DNA of 47,388 nt from Gammaproteobacteria bacterium (GTDB lineage: Bacteria; Pseudomonadota; Gammaproteobacteria; Pseudomonadales; Azotimanducaceae), in NCBI GenBank assembly GCA_002708205.1, contig PAMR01000034.1:17617-65004 (forward strand), written 5' to 3'. Position 1 is the stretch's first letter; each line of letters begins with the position of its first letter. A model generated the notes under the pieces. It was not told where the DNA came from. It made no database searches and worked only from the letters and a program-made list of their open reading frames with translations. This document shows, piece by piece, positions 9,784 through 20,795 of this stretch. The translations under genes were made by a program, and so were the position numbers.

Positions 9784-12700
9784 TCAGCTCTCATCTGCGA
9801 CAGGTATTTGTCCCCTGTGTTGCCGCGCTTCAGATTCTAAAGTCTTTTGTTTTAATCCTACCCACTCAAAGAAATCCTCTACTATCAGATAGAGGGAAGG
9901 GACCAGTAACAAGGTAATTGTCGTCGCAACCACAACTCCAAAGGCAAGTGAGACCGCCATAGGTACGATAAAAAAAGTTGCTGGATTTTGGTTGATCATT
10001 AGGGGGAACAAACCCACAAAGGTTGTCGTGGAGGTTAATACTATTGGCCGAAAGCGCACTGCGCCCGCTGTGACGACAGCTTCGATAAGCGGTATGCCGT
10101 CGCGACGCCGTCGATTGATGTAGTCAACGAGAACTAGGCTTGCGTTAACGACCACACCGGATAATGCGACGATGCCGAGCATTGAAAAAAACATGAGCTG
10201 AACATCCATGATGAAGTGACCGATAATTGCTCCGACTGCACCGAATGGTATAACCGACATTATCACTAGGGGTTGGAGATACGAGCGGAGTGGAATTGCC
10301 AAAAGAGCGTAGATCAAAATGAGAGAAAGTAATGCACCTTGTGCCAATCCGAGCATGGCTTTATTTCGTTCGAGTGCTTCCCCGGCTTGACCAGCGACCA
10401 CTGAAGTATAGGTGCTTTGAATTTCTGGTATCACTTCGCTCAGGATAGTCGTGTTTATCTCTTCTGGAGTTACAATCGCTCGATCGACATCGGCGGTGAC
10501 GTTAATAACACGTTGTCCATCGACTCTTTCTATCTTGGAGTAACCGCGCCCTATTTCGAATCGGGCAACTGATGTGAATGGTACTTCAATGCCTTCTGGT
10601 GTCCGTATTCGCATGGATTCAAGATTACCAATTGACTGTCTTTCATCGGTCGGCAAACGGACCATCACTCGGACTTCATCGGGGCCGCGTTGTATTCGTT
10701 GCACTTCAGCTCCGTAAAAAGCATTACGTACTTGTCCTGCCAAATCAGACAATGTGAGCCCCAGATTTTGCGCTTGCGGTAGAAGCTCAAGTTTAATTTC
10801 TTGTTTTCCAGCACGAAACGAGTCTTGTATATCAAATACGCCATCAAACCGAGACAGTTCCGCTCGTAGCTGTAGAGCGGCGAGACGTAATTCTTCGACG
10901 TCCTGACCAGTTAGTTCTAGGTTTATGGGTTCTCCTGCATTAAAGGAATCGGTAGTAAAGGTGAGCCCAACGGCTTCGGGTATCGGGCCGACGAGGGCGC
11001 GCCAACGATCGGCAATTTCACCGCTTTCTAGGTAACCTCGATTGGCCAAGGGAATTAATTCCAGCCCCACTTCGGCGAAATTACTACGACCGGGTTCAGG
11101 CCTGCGAGGTGGCCCCCCTCGATGAATATGCGTACCAATACTAACCAATACATTTTTCACGGTACTTTGCGAATTAGTGTCTATCTCTCGGTCCAGTTCG
11201 TTACGTAATTGTTCCGCTGCCTTTTCTAGACGAAGTGTTGCTTTTTCCGTAACGGATGCTGCTACACCTGCTGGCATCTCTAGTGTGGCGTACACAGTGT
11301 CTCCGTCGATGCTTGGAAAAAATGAAAATACGACGCGACCACTAAGGATTAGAGCGATTGTTATTATAAGGATTCCTAATCCAACTGATGCGGTCATGTA
11401 ACGCCATTCAATAGCCCGACGTAGAAAGGGGAGATAGAAGTTGTTGGCAAAATTTTGCAAACTTCCAGAGAATTTCCCTTGTATTCGGTTCCATCTCCCG
11501 TTGGGATCAGGATTGTCACGTTTACGGTGGGCGAGATGAGAAGGGAGAATCCATTGTGATTCGATAATTGACATCACCAGAGCGATGATGACAACCACTC
11601 CTATGACCCCAAAGAAGTCGGCCATGCGGCCTGGAACAAGTAGCAAGGGAAGAAATGCCGCCATAGTGGTTAGGACGCCGAAAATAACAGGGATAGATAC
11701 TTCCCACGTACCATCTACTGCCGCTCGTAAAGGGGGTTTCCCCATCTCTTCATGTCCGTATACTCGTTCCCCAACCACAATCGCGTCGTCGACTAATATT
11801 CCCAACACAAGAATAAAGGCCATCACTGTCATTGTGCTTATGGATACGTCGAAGTAGGGAAAAATAGCGATTGTTCCTAACAAGGCAATCGGTATTCCAG
11901 CGGCAACCCAAAGTGCTAGTCGAAATCGAAGAAATAGTGCTAGCACTATTAGTACTAGCGCGAGTCCAGAAAAAGCTGTTTTCAATAATGTTTCAACACG
12001 TTGCACTAATTCTGCTGATGCATCTCCATATATTTCTAGTTCGATACCAGGAGGAAGATCCGATCTTTTATTGTTGACATACTCTTTGACGTCCTCTGCG
12101 ATCGTCATTATGTCTTCCTTTCCGATTCGGAAGACCTGGATAACACTTGCTCGCTTCCCGTTAAACCGAGCAAGTAGATTACCTTCTTCGAAGCCATCGA
12201 TGACTGACGCAACATCCTTTACACGTACTTGTGTACCGTCGTCTTTGGTTAAAACAACAATATTTTCGAATTCGGGACTAAGGTAAGCCTGACCTTTAGC
12301 TCGCAGGAGGATTTCTCCCCCCGCGGTCCGCAATGTTCCACCGGGCATATCGAGAGATGCACGTCTGACTGCTCCGGCTACTTGGTTCAGCGTTATTTCG
12401 TGTTTCCGAAGCATATTCTCGGAAACTTCGATGGAAAGTTCATAGGGTCTTACATAAACGAGATCGACTTGAGATAGGCCATCAATAGCAACAACCTCAT
12501 CACGCACTTCCTTCGCCAATTCTTTTATTGTGCGTTCGTCTGTATCGCCGGACAATGCGATTTCAAGAACGTTATGTCGGAAAGAAAACTTTGAAACGAT
12601 CGGGGTTTCAATTTCTTCTGGGAACGACGAGATTCCATCGACTAGATTCTTTACTTCGTTAAGCGCGCGCGTCCCGTCGGCGCCATCTTCTAATTGGACT

Positions 12701-12978
12701 TGTACTGAACATATACCTTCACTAGCAGTCGCGTACATTTTTTCAATACTTTCGATACCTTCGACCGCTTCTTCAATACGTATACAAACGCCTTCCTCGG
12801 CTTCAGTCGGTGCAGCACCGAGGTATGGGACTTGAACTGATACTACTTCGACCTCAATGCTGGGAAACTCTTCTTGGTGTACGGTCAGAAGCGCCATTAC
12901 ACCGCCTACTAAAAGAATGGACATCAGGAGATTGGCTGCAACACTGTTTTGCGTAAACCAGGTAATGATGTGGCGCAT
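9784..12978 (-). CDS. RND efflux transporter, inner-membrane permease (AcrB/AcrD/AcrF family)
   Basis: 1064 aa. N-terminal FTQNSVAANLLMSILLVGG, two large periplasmic loops and 12-TM-type hydrophobic blocks. Confidence 0.9.
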   Translation of the reverse strand: MRHIITWFTQNSVAANLLMSILLVGGVMALLTVHQEEFPSIEVEVVSVQVPYLGAAPTEAEEGVCIRIEEAVEGIESIEKMYATASEGICSVQVQLEDGADGTRALNEVKNLVDGISSFPEEIETPIVSKFSFRHNVLEIALSGDTDERTIKELAKEVRDEVVAIDGLSQVDLVYVRPYELSIEVSENMLRKHEITLNQVAGAVRRASLDMPGGTLRTAGGEILLRAKGQAYLSPEFENIVVLTKDDGTQVRVKDVASVIDGFEEGNLLARFNGKRASVIQVFRIGKEDIMTIAEDVKEYVNNKRSDLPPGIELEIYGDASAELVQRVETLLKTAFSGLALVLIVLALFLRFRLALWVAAGIPIALLGTIAIFPYFDVSISTMTVMAFILVLGILVDDAIVVGERVYGHEEMGKPPLRAAVDGTWEVSIPVIFGVLTTMAAFLPLLLVPGRMADFFGVIGVVVIIALVMSIIESQWILPSHLAHRKRDNPDPNGRWNRIQGKFSGSLQNFANNFYLPFLRRAIEWRYMTASVGLGILIITIALILSGRVVFSFFPSIDGDTVYATLEMPAGVAASVTEKATLRLEKAAEQLRNELDREIDTNSQSTVKNVLVSIGTHIHRGGPPRRPEPGRSNFAEVGLELIPLANRGYLESGEIADRWRALVGPIPEAVGLTFTTDSFNAGEPINLELTGQDVEELRLAALQLRAELSRFDGVFDIQDSFRAGKQEIKLELLPQAQNLGLTLSDLAGQVRNAFYGAEVQRIQRGPDEVRVMVRLPTDERQSIGNLESMRIRTPEGIEVPFTSVARFEIGRGYSKIERVDGQRVINVTADVDRAIVTPEEINTTILSEVIPEIQSTYTSVVAGQAGEALERNKAMLGLAQGALLSLILIYALLAIPLRSYLQPLVIMSVIPFGAVGAIIGHFIMDVQLMFFSMLGIVALSGVVVNASLVLVDYINRRRRDGIPLIEAVVTAGAVRFRPIVLTSTTTFVGLFPLMINQNPATFFIVPMAVSLAFGVVVATTITLLLVPSLYLIVEDFFEWVGLKQKTLESEARQHRGQIPVADES

Positions 12979-12981
12979 ATG

Positions 12982-14118
12982 TTATGCCCCTATAGGCTCG
13001 ACGGGCATTCCGTCGATCACGGTTTGGATTGGCGACAAACAGACTCTGTCGCCTTTAGTCAGGCCGGCAGAAATTAAAACTTTATCTTGAAAAAGTCGTA
13101 GGAGTTCGACTGTGCGAAAGCGTAGTCGATTGTCTTGGTCTACGATCAGCACGCGGTCGTTACCTCTCAAGGCGCTGCGAGGGAGCTGGATAATATTGTC
13201 CGCAGTACGCCCCATTATTTCTCCATTGACAAATAGTCCTACCGATAACGGCGTGTTTTGGTCGCGATTATCAATACGGGCAACAACATGAACCATTCGG
13301 CTTTTGGTATCTATTTCAGCTTCGGTTCGAATAATCTCTCCGCTCCAAGTCAATGATCGTCCAGCATAGTTGGCTGTTAGTTGGACGTTAGGACGAGATC
13401 CAGGTGGTAGTAAGCCTTGCATATCTATAGGCAACTGAAGGTAAGCCAATTGCTGATCGGCTATGGGTAACCTTACTTCGACAATATCCGTGGCATAGAT
13501 CGTTGCAATAGGGTTTCCGCGGGCTACGAACTGGCCAATGTCAACTTTCTTGTTTCTTACTAAACCGGAAAATGGTGCTTGTATTTCTGTTCTCGATAGA
13601 TCGCGTTGTGCTTGATCGTGCATGGCGGATGCTTCTTGAAGGGAGGCTTGAGCTATCCGAAATGTACGTAACGCGTTTTCTATTTGAGAGCGGCTCGCGA
13701 GTTGGCGGTCGCCGAGACTTTCTAAACGCTGATACTCAAAGTCCGCGTGTTGGTGTTCGGCCTCGGCTCGGCTGAGACTGGCGGCCGCTCTTTCGAGGAC
13801 TGAGGAGAGATCTTGATCGTCGAGACGCAGAAGTACTTCACCTTGGGTGAAGCGGCCTCCAGCGACGAGCGCGGGCGACATCCAGATTACCTGCCCCGAC
13901 ACCTCAGGAATGAGTTGTGTTTCAACGTTCGGATTAACGGACCCTTGAGAGATAACGGTCAAGTTGACTGATTCCGGCGTCACGGTCGTGACTCGAACAA
14001 CCGTTGGCATCGGTTCCGGGATATTTGGATCGAGCGAAGGTGCGTTAGCCATCAACACTAAAGCCACCAACATTGCTATACCAAGGGCCAAAATCGGAAG
14101 AATAATTTTCTGGATCAA
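12982..14118 (-). CDS. RND efflux periplasmic adaptor (membrane fusion protein, HlyD/AcrA family)
   Basis: 378 aa with an N-terminal membrane anchor, a coiled-coil segment (AEAEHQHADFEYQRLESL...) and a beta-barrel C-terminus. TTG start preceded by GAGG. Its stop lies 3 nt from the RND permease start. Confidence 0.85.
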   Translation of the reverse strand: MIQKIILPILALGIAMLVALVLMANAPSLDPNIPEPMPTVVRVTTVTPESVNLTVISQGSVNPNVETQLIPEVSGQVIWMSPALVAGGRFTQGEVLLRLDDQDLSSVLERAAASLSRAEAEHQHADFEYQRLESLGDRQLASRSQIENALRTFRIAQASLQEASAMHDQAQRDLSRTEIQAPFSGLVRNKKVDIGQFVARGNPIATIYATDIVEVRLPIADQQLAYLQLPIDMQGLLPPGSRPNVQLTANYAGRSLTWSGEIIRTEAEIDTKSRMVHVVARIDNRDQNTPLSVGLFVNGEIMGRTADNIIQLPRSALRGNDRVLIVDQDNRLRFRTVELLRLFQDKVLISAGLTKGDRVCLSPIQTVIDGMPVEPIGA

Positions 14119-14456
14119 CTTGAAGCCTCGTTAGAAGTTTGCGGTGCGACTCGTCAGTAGAGGGGGCATCCCATTAACAAAACTCATAAACTTTTTATCC
14201 TTCGATTCGAGTGCGTTATCCGTTGTTTGGGAGGTTTCAAGAAGGTTGGTTATTTTTGCGTTTTGTGGTTCACGTACAAAGAAGATGGAAGCTCGTAATT
14301 ATAGTAACGATATCGTCACGATCTGTAGGCCCAATTGTCCTCGAATGGTCAGGAAATCAGCTTTATATTTTGTATTGTCCTGATTTTTGCGAAGGATTCT
14401 GTGTCTGGCGAAGAGATATGGCAAAGTACTCTTATTAATTGATTAGAAAGGTTCGT

Positions 14457-15881
14457 ATGAAAGTAAAACTTTTCTTCTTGGTGTGGTTTTCGAGTCTCCA
14501 ATCTCTTGGTGTTGAAATGACCGCTCCAGAAACTAGGCAAATTGTGTCCTCTTTAACCCAAGAAACGATACAAAATGCTGATGCGATATGGCATTTCGCC
14601 GAATTGGGGTATCGGGAATCGGAAAGTTCTGCGCAACTAGCAAATTATCTAGAAAAGGCTGGTTTTGAAGTTACTCGAGGCGTAGCCGATATACCAACGG
14701 CGTTTGTAGCGTCAGCCGGGAGTGGTGGTCCGCATATAGGGATATTGGCGGAATTTGATGCGTTACCAGGATTATCTCAAGACGCTGTCGCCACACGGTC
14801 ACCCATTATCGTTGATGCGCCTGGCCATGCATGTGGTCACCATTTATTTGGCGCTGCTTCAGCGGCAGCCGCTATCGCCATATCCCGATGGATGGCGGGT
14901 ACTGATACTAAGGGGACTGTAAGCGTGTTTGGTACACCAGCGGAAGAAGGAGGGTCTGGAAAAGTCTACATGGCACGAGCAGGCTTGTTTCGTGATCTCG
15001 ATATTGTTTTGCATTGGCATCCCGGTGATAACAACGGAGCATCGCCAACTAGTACCAATGCGAATAAATCAGGACGTTTTGAGTTTCATGGAATTGCCGC
15101 ACACGCGGCATCAGCTCCTCATCGAGGTCGGTCGGCACTGGATGGTGTGGAAGCTATGAATCATATGGTAAATATGATGCGTGAGCATGTACCTTCGAAT
15201 GCGCGATTGCATTACGTGATAACTGATGGTGGTGACGCGCCCAATATCGTTCCAGAATTTGCGGAAGTGTATTACTACGTCAGACATCCGCAGGTAGATC
15301 GTGTGAACACACTATTCGAACGACTTGTCGATGCGGCCCGTGGTGCTGCGTTGGGTACTGGGACGCGAATGCAATATGAAGTGATGCACGGAAATTATCC
15401 GGTCTTACGAAATGATGCGTTGGCTCAAATTGTTTACGATGAAATGACTGCATTAGGTGGATTTTCGTATTCATCAACAGAGCAGTTTTTTGCGGAAACG
15501 ATTTTTAAAACATTCATCCAGCCGGTAAGGAGTATCGGATCACAGGAGACAATACGTCCGTTTCAATTTAGGCAGAGTATGGGGTCAACCGATGTGGGCG
15601 ATGTAAGTTGGATGGTCCCCACGGCCGGTTTCACCACAGCTACCTGGGTCCCTGGTACTCCCGGGCATAGCTGGCAGGCAGTAGCTTCTGGAGGTATGAG
15701 TATTGGTCACAAGGGAATGATGATGGCGGCTAAAATCCTCGCGGCTACTGCCGAACACCTTTATCGCAACTCAAAACTTATTGATGGCATTAGAACCGAA
15801 TTTGAAGAACGCCGGGGTCCGCATTTTCGTTACGAAGCTTTGTTAGGAGATAGACAACCTCCTTTAAACTATCGAAAGTAA
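14457..15881 (+). CDS. M20D-family amidohydrolase (AbgB / aminobenzoyl-glutamate hydrolase subunit B-like), predicted secreted
   Basis: GHACGHHLFG metal-binding motif, FGTPAEEGGSGK, HGIAAHAA. The N-terminus MKVKLFFLVWFSSLQSLG looks like a signal peptide. ATG 14457 follows AAAGG; the ORF opens at TTG 14439. Confidence 0.8.
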   Translation: MKVKLFFLVWFSSLQSLGVEMTAPETRQIVSSLTQETIQNADAIWHFAELGYRESESSAQLANYLEKAGFEVTRGVADIPTAFVASAGSGGPHIGILAEFDALPGLSQDAVATRSPIIVDAPGHACGHHLFGAASAAAAIAISRWMAGTDTKGTVSVFGTPAEEGGSGKVYMARAGLFRDLDIVLHWHPGDNNGASPTSTNANKSGRFEFHGIAAHAASAPHRGRSALDGVEAMNHMVNMMREHVPSNARLHYVITDGGDAPNIVPEFAEVYYYVRHPQVDRVNTLFERLVDAARGAALGTGTRMQYEVMHGNYPVLRNDALAQIVYDEMTALGGFSYSSTEQFFAETIFKTFIQPVRSIGSQETIRPFQFRQSMGSTDVGDVSWMVPTAGFTTATWVPGTPGHSWQAVASGGMSIGHKGMMMAAKILAATAEHLYRNSKLIDGIRTEFEERRGPHFRYEALLGDRQPPLNYRK

Positions 15882-15903
15882 AAATAATCTAAAGGAGTAG
15901 AGC

Positions 15904-16743
15904 GTGGCTAATGTCTTGTTATTACATCCGGGTAAGATGGGGTCGTCGGTGGCAAATGCCTTAATTCAGGCGGGCCATGAAGTATTTTGGGTGTCTCAGG
16001 GCCGAAGCAACCAGACCCGAGAACGAGCGGAAGAGTTAGGCTTATGTGATGTAACGGATTTGTCGAGTGCGCTAGGGAAAAGCGAGTTCGTTATCTCTGT
16101 TTGCCCTCCCGAATATGCCGGTAGCCTTGCGGAAGAGGTTATTGAAAGAGGCTATGAAGGGACCTATGTAGACGCTAATGCAGTTTCTCCCGCGACCTCT
16201 CTGGCGATGGGTGATTTAGTTGGCGAGAATTACGTCGATGGGGGAATTATCGGACCTCCGGCTTGGAATGTCGGCAGTACCAGAATTTACCTTTCCGGTC
16301 CACGAGCAGCCAATATTGCGGCGCTTTTTGAGGGTACATTGTTGGATAGTTTCGTAATCGAAGGGGAGATCGGTGCGGCGTCTGCTCTCAAGATGTGTTA
16401 TGCGGCGTACACAAAAGGATCATCGGCATTGCTTTTAGGTGTGAGAGCATTGGCGGAGCGGATGGGAGTTACCGATTCTCTTATTTCGGAATGGGCAATT
16501 TCCCAGAGAGGCTTAGAGGAGCGCAGTCGCAATACCGCCTACTCTACAAGTCAAAAAGCCTGGCGGTTTGCTGGAGAAATGCGGGAAATTGCAGCTACGT
16601 ATTCGGCGGCTGGCCTTCCGGCTGGATTTCATGAGGCTGCGGCGGAATTATTTGAACGCATGAAGGGTTTTAAAGATCGAGATCCCGCGACCATTGATGA
16701 GTTAACGGCCGAACTTTTACGCGGTAAAAAATCTCTCGATTGA
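15904..16743 (+). CDS. NAD(P)-binding dehydrogenase-like protein (6-phosphogluconate dehydrogenase-type N-domain plus DUF1932-like C-domain)
   Basis: N-terminal Rossmann-like VLLLHPGKMGSSVANALIQAGHEV and C-terminal AWRFAGEMREIA segment. GTG start preceded by AGGAG. Confidence 0.65.
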   Translation: MANVLLLHPGKMGSSVANALIQAGHEVFWVSQGRSNQTRERAEELGLCDVTDLSSALGKSEFVISVCPPEYAGSLAEEVIERGYEGTYVDANAVSPATSLAMGDLVGENYVDGGIIGPPAWNVGSTRIYLSGPRAANIAALFEGTLLDSFVIEGEIGAASALKMCYAAYTKGSSALLLGVRALAERMGVTDSLISEWAISQRGLEERSRNTAYSTSQKAWRFAGEMREIAATYSAAGLPAGFHEAAAELFERMKGFKDRDPATIDELTAELLRGKKSLD

Positions 16744-16788
16744 CACGCGACTAACAAATACGATGTAAACGACTTACTGCATCCGTTT

Positions 16789-17121
16789 TTATTCTGTTAC
16801 GGCGTCGATATTTGTTTCAATCACCGACTTAGTCTGCTCGCATTTCCATCCCATTTTCGTGAGTTCACCAACGAATCCTTGGGCTTTATCGACACAGTAG
16901 GAAAGATCATTAGAGGCTCGCCAGAGCGATTTATCTTGATTCTCCTCATCCTTTTTATAGATCACTTCACACGGCAAATAGCTGGACGGCATCCCGTATT
17001 GGATTCGAACAGACCTCTGAAGCGAGTCAAAGGTGCATTCAGCTTCATACCCATGCAAGAACGTCGACCAGCCAAAGGGCACTAGAATCGCGAGCAATAA
17101 TGGTGTGTTTCGTTTTCGCAT
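16789..17121 (-). CDS. Hypothetical small secreted protein with four Cys
   Basis: 110 aa. The N-terminus [19 protein letters not shown] resembles a signal peptide. No family recognised. Confidence 0.5.
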   Translation of the reverse strand: MRKRNTPLLLAILVPFGWSTFLHGYEAECTFDSLQRSVRIQYGMPSSYLPCEVIYKKDEENQDKSLWRASNDLSYCVDKAQGFVGELTKMGWKCEQTKSVIETNIDAVTE

Positions 17122-17252
17122 ATCGAGATTATAGCCTCTTAGGGGTCGAAGTCACTTCCTTGGTTTCACGTGATATTCACAAATCGTACGGTATGGATTC
17201 AATCCCGAATAGTTCATATGTACTACGTAAGTTCGAAAGGCCGGTGGTTCTT

Positions 17253-17822
17253 ATGAGTGAATTAATTGGTTCCAAGCGCGGTGGTTTGTTTTTGAAAGTG
17301 GAGAATGATGTGATTGAACTAACAGTCAATAACGAAACGATGTTGCTCGAGATAGATTATGACACGCCACTTTTGTGGGTGATTCGGGAAAATATCGGGT
17401 TAATGGGTACGAAATTTGGTTGTGGTATAGCGCAATGTGGAGCCTGTACCGTTCATTTGGATGGGCAGCCGATCCGTTCCTGTAGTACTCCAGTCCGGGC
17501 CGCTATAGGTCGAAGTGTTACGACGATTGAAGGTCTATCTCCCGAAGACTTTAATAGCGTTCAGCAAGCCTGGATAGAAGAACAAGTTCCACAATGTGGC
17601 TATTGCCAGTCCGGCCAGATTATGTCTGCTGTGGCGTTATTGAGTGGTAATGATGATCCGAGTGACGAAGATATCAATTCGGCAATGCGTGGAAATGTTT
17701 GTCGTTGTGGAACCTATCCGCGGATACGTAAGGCAATTAAACGTGCTGCCAAAATACGCGACACTGTAGTGAAACACTATGTTCCAGTTTCTCGAGACGT
17801 AAAGGAGGTACATCATGGGTAA
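17253..17822 (+). CDS. Molybdenum hydroxylase small subunit, two [2Fe-2S] clusters (IorA / aldehyde oxidoreductase type)
   Basis: [23 protein letters not shown] and CRCGTY cluster motifs. The ORF opens at 17100, but ATG 17253 gives a typical length. Confidence 0.85.
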   Translation: MSELIGSKRGGLFLKVENDVIELTVNNETMLLEIDYDTPLLWVIRENIGLMGTKFGCGIAQCGACTVHLDGQPIRSCSTPVRAAIGRSVTTIEGLSPEDFNSVQQAWIEEQVPQCGYCQSGQIMSAVALLSGNDDPSDEDINSAMRGNVCRCGTYPRIRKAIKRAAKIRDTVVKHYVPVSRDVKEVHHG

Positions 17823-20070
17823 GTGGAGTCGTAGAGCTCTCCTGACTTCCGGAGTCTTAGGGGGTGGTGCTTTGTTAGTAGGTGTTGGATTACGCCCGGG
17901 GCACAGAGCTCCTAAATTGTCACCGCTAGTGGCCAATAGCGATGAAACCCTGATTAACGCTTGGGTGAAGATTGGTTCTGACAATATTGTTACCGCGGTC
18001 GTTCCGCATGCAGAAATGGGGCAGGGGATTCATAGCACACTGGCACAGATGCTAGCGGATGAAATGGATGCTGATTGGCGTTATGTGCAGACTTTAGAAG
18101 CCCCTGCTCATGAGGAATACGCGAATTATGCCCTAGGCAAGGGGTTCATACTCGGAGATTCGAGAGTTCCAGCGATTTTATCCGATACTGTTGACGGGGC
18201 ATTTCTATCTTTGATGCAAACTATCAATATGCAACTAACAGGTGGAAGTGCTAGTGTAAGAACGACGGGTTTACACGCGATGCGAGTTGCTGGAGCTGCA
18301 GCACGTCAGATGTTGATGGGGGCGGCTGCGGAAGCCTGGAAGGTGAGTACTAATGAGTTGCATACAGAAGACAGTCATGTAATGCACTCGGCAACTGGCC
18401 GTAGCGAACCTTATTCAAAGTTTGTAACAGCTGCTGCTTCGAATAAACCACCATCGAATCCTAAGTTAAAGAAAGCCAGTCAGTATCGGCTGATGGGCAC
18501 TTCTGTTAGACGGGGTGATATAGAACCAAAGACTAATGGATTAGCTAAGTTTGGTATCGATGCTGTAGTACCCGGCATGAAGTACGCTGCAGTCATGCGA
18601 TCGCCGGTGTTTGGTGGCCGTTTAATGAGCGTAAATAAAGCCGCGGCGGAGGCCGCTCCCGGAGTGGTACGAGTGGTCGAACTAGACAACGCGGTCGCTG
18701 TTGTTGCTGATGGATATTGGCAAGCGTCGCAGGCATTAAAACAACTTGATGTTAGTTGGGATAACTTGGGTAATGGAGACTCATCGTCACAATCGATATT
18801 TTCTCAGTTTGCAAAGGATTTAGACGAAGCGAGTACTGGTAACAATGCTAACGATGATGTGGTAGTTGGAGATGTTGATGCCGCCTTGGGTGAGGCAGAT
18901 CGAGTAATTGAGTCGGAATATCGTGTTCCTTATCTAGCCCATGCAACGATGGAGCCGTTGAACTGTACCGTATGGATTCATGATGGACTTTGCGAAGTAT
19001 GGACGGGTTCACAAAATCCGTTAGGAGCACGTGCCGATATTGCGGAGGCGATAGGTTTTGAGCCTAATAATGTAGAAATTCACAACGGTTTTCTTGGCGG
19101 CGGTTTTGGTCGTCGGGCGTATAGTGACTATGCAGTTCAGGCAGCAAAAGTGTCATTAATCGCTGGTGTACCAGTGAAGTTAATTTGGTCACGGGAAGAA
19201 GACGTGCGACAGGATCGGTACCGTCCCGCGGCGACCAGTCGCTTTCGAGCAGGACTAGATTCCAAGGGACATCCAGTCGGGTGGATCAATCTTTATGTGG
19301 ACAAACACGATCCTGCAGAAGCACCCCATATTCCATATGCAATAGACAATCAACGCATCCAATATGTATTGAGTCCTACGCACGTTCCGTTCGGATTTTG
19401 GCGTAGTGTTGACCACTCACAGCACGGCTTCTTCACAGAATCCTTTGTGGACGAATTAGCTTGGGCCGCCGGAAAAGATCCTTTTGAGTTTCGCCGTGAA
19501 TTGCTTTCCAATCAGCCGAGATTAAAGGCAGTGCTAGAACTTGCAGCAGAGAAATCGGATTGGGATAACAATATGTTAGGATCCAATCGTGGTAGGGGAA
19601 TAGCTTTGCAGCATTCGTTTGGGTCGATTGTTGCTCAAGTTATTCATGTTACTGTTGAATCGGGAATCGTTAGCATCGATCGGATTGTATGTGCGGTGGA
19701 TACAGGTTTTGCCATAAACCCAGACGGGGTTCGAGCTCAGATGGAAAGCGGAATCGTCTACGGGCTCACTGCGGCGTTGTATGGTGAAATATCAATAAGC
19801 AATGGAGCAGTCTCGCAAAGCAATTTCCACGATTATGAAATGGTTCGTATCGACCAGGTTCCCGATATAGAAACGCATGTTATAAACGGTGGTGGGCCTA
19901 TTGGTGGTGCAGGGGAACCGGGCACACCAGCGGTCGCCCCGGCTCTTGCGAACGCGATATTTTCCGCGACTGGGACGCGAATTCGGCAACTTCCCATAAA
20001 AAACTACGATTTAACCTTTCGGATCGAGGAGAGAGCTTTCAAACGGAAGGCGCCACTTCCACTCGGTTGA
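17815..20070 (+). CDS. Molybdenum hydroxylase large (molybdopterin-binding) subunit, IorB type, with twin-arginine signal
   Basis: 751 aa. Tat-like [23 protein letters not shown]. Aldehyde oxidase/xanthine dehydrogenase-type core ([21 protein letters not shown]). 8-nt overlap with the small subunit gene. Confidence 0.85.
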   Translation: MGKWSRRALLTSGVLGGGALLVGVGLRPGHRAPKLSPLVANSDETLINAWVKIGSDNIVTAVVPHAEMGQGIHSTLAQMLADEMDADWRYVQTLEAPAHEEYANYALGKGFILGDSRVPAILSDTVDGAFLSLMQTINMQLTGGSASVRTTGLHAMRVAGAAARQMLMGAAAEAWKVSTNELHTEDSHVMHSATGRSEPYSKFVTAAASNKPPSNPKLKKASQYRLMGTSVRRGDIEPKTNGLAKFGIDAVVPGMKYAAVMRSPVFGGRLMSVNKAAAEAAPGVVRVVELDNAVAVVADGYWQASQALKQLDVSWDNLGNGDSSSQSIFSQFAKDLDEASTGNNANDDVVVGDVDAALGEADRVIESEYRVPYLAHATMEPLNCTVWIHDGLCEVWTGSQNPLGARADIAEAIGFEPNNVEIHNGFLGGGFGRRAYSDYAVQAAKVSLIAGVPVKLIWSREEDVRQDRYRPAATSRFRAGLDSKGHPVGWINLYVDKHDPAEAPHIPYAIDNQRIQYVLSPTHVPFGFWRSVDHSQHGFFTESFVDELAWAAGKDPFEFRRELLSNQPRLKAVLELAAEKSDWDNNMLGSNRGRGIALQHSFGSIVAQVIHVTVESGIVSIDRIVCAVDTGFAINPDGVRAQMESGIVYGLTAALYGEISISNGAVSQSNFHDYEMVRIDQVPDIETHVINGGGPIGGAGEPGTPAVAPALANAIFSATGTRIRQLPIKNYDLTFRIEERAFKRKAPLPLG

Positions 20071-20078
20071 TATTGATT

Positions 20079-20795
20079 CTAGGGCAGTAATGCCCCCCCT
20101 TCTATATCAATAGTGGAACCTGTCATATAGTCATTCTCTAATGCAAAAATAATTGCGGAAGCCACCTCGTCTGCTGTTCCAGCACGAGGGATGAGAGTGT
20201 TGGCCGTTGCTTTGTTAAGAAATTCCTTTCTTGCTGAGCCTTCCAGCGCAAACATGGGTGTATCGATTAAACCGGGACATACAACGTTAATTCTTCTCGG
20301 AGCTATTTCTGGAGCGATTGCACGAGCAAAACCCTCTACAGCATTTCCAACAGTCGCAATAGCAGATGAACCCGGGTTGCTTTTTCGGGCAGGAAATCCA
20401 CTAACAAGTACAATAGCTCCTGTGGGAGACATAAATTCAGCGCCGATACGGACGGAATTTGTGTATCCCCAGAGTTTTCGGAACGATCCTTGGAATCCGT
20501 CGAGATCCATCTGTAAAAACGGGCCTGAAGCGCGTTCCCCTCCAGTGGCGCAATTGATAAGACAATCGAACGTTGCAAAATCAGAGAAAAGTGTTGCCAT
20601 AGCGTCCCGATCCAGTACGTCGAGAGCCTTAAACGTGACAGAATCCTCGGTGGTTTTACGGGCCATCTCTATATTTGACTCGGACCGACCGGCTGCAAGG
20701 ACGGTAGCGCCAGCAGAGTCGAGCAGCTGGACCGCTGCAAGTCCAATTCCGGATGTTCCACCTAAAACAATTGCTTTTTTTCCGTCAAGATTCAT
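20079..20795 (-). CDS. Short-chain dehydrogenase/reductase (SDR)
   Basis: 238 aa. Cofactor-binding motif VLGGTSGIGLA; otherwise a classical SDR layout. Confidence 0.85.
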   Translation of the reverse strand: MNLDGKKAIVLGGTSGIGLAAVQLLDSAGATVLAAGRSESNIEMARKTTEDSVTFKALDVLDRDAMATLFSDFATFDCLINCATGGERASGPFLQMDLDGFQGSFRKLWGYTNSVRIGAEFMSPTGAIVLVSGFPARKSNPGSSAIATVGNAVEGFARAIAPEIAPRRINVVCPGLIDTPMFALEGSARKEFLNKATANTLIPRAGTADEVASAIIFALENDYMTGSTIDIEGGALLP

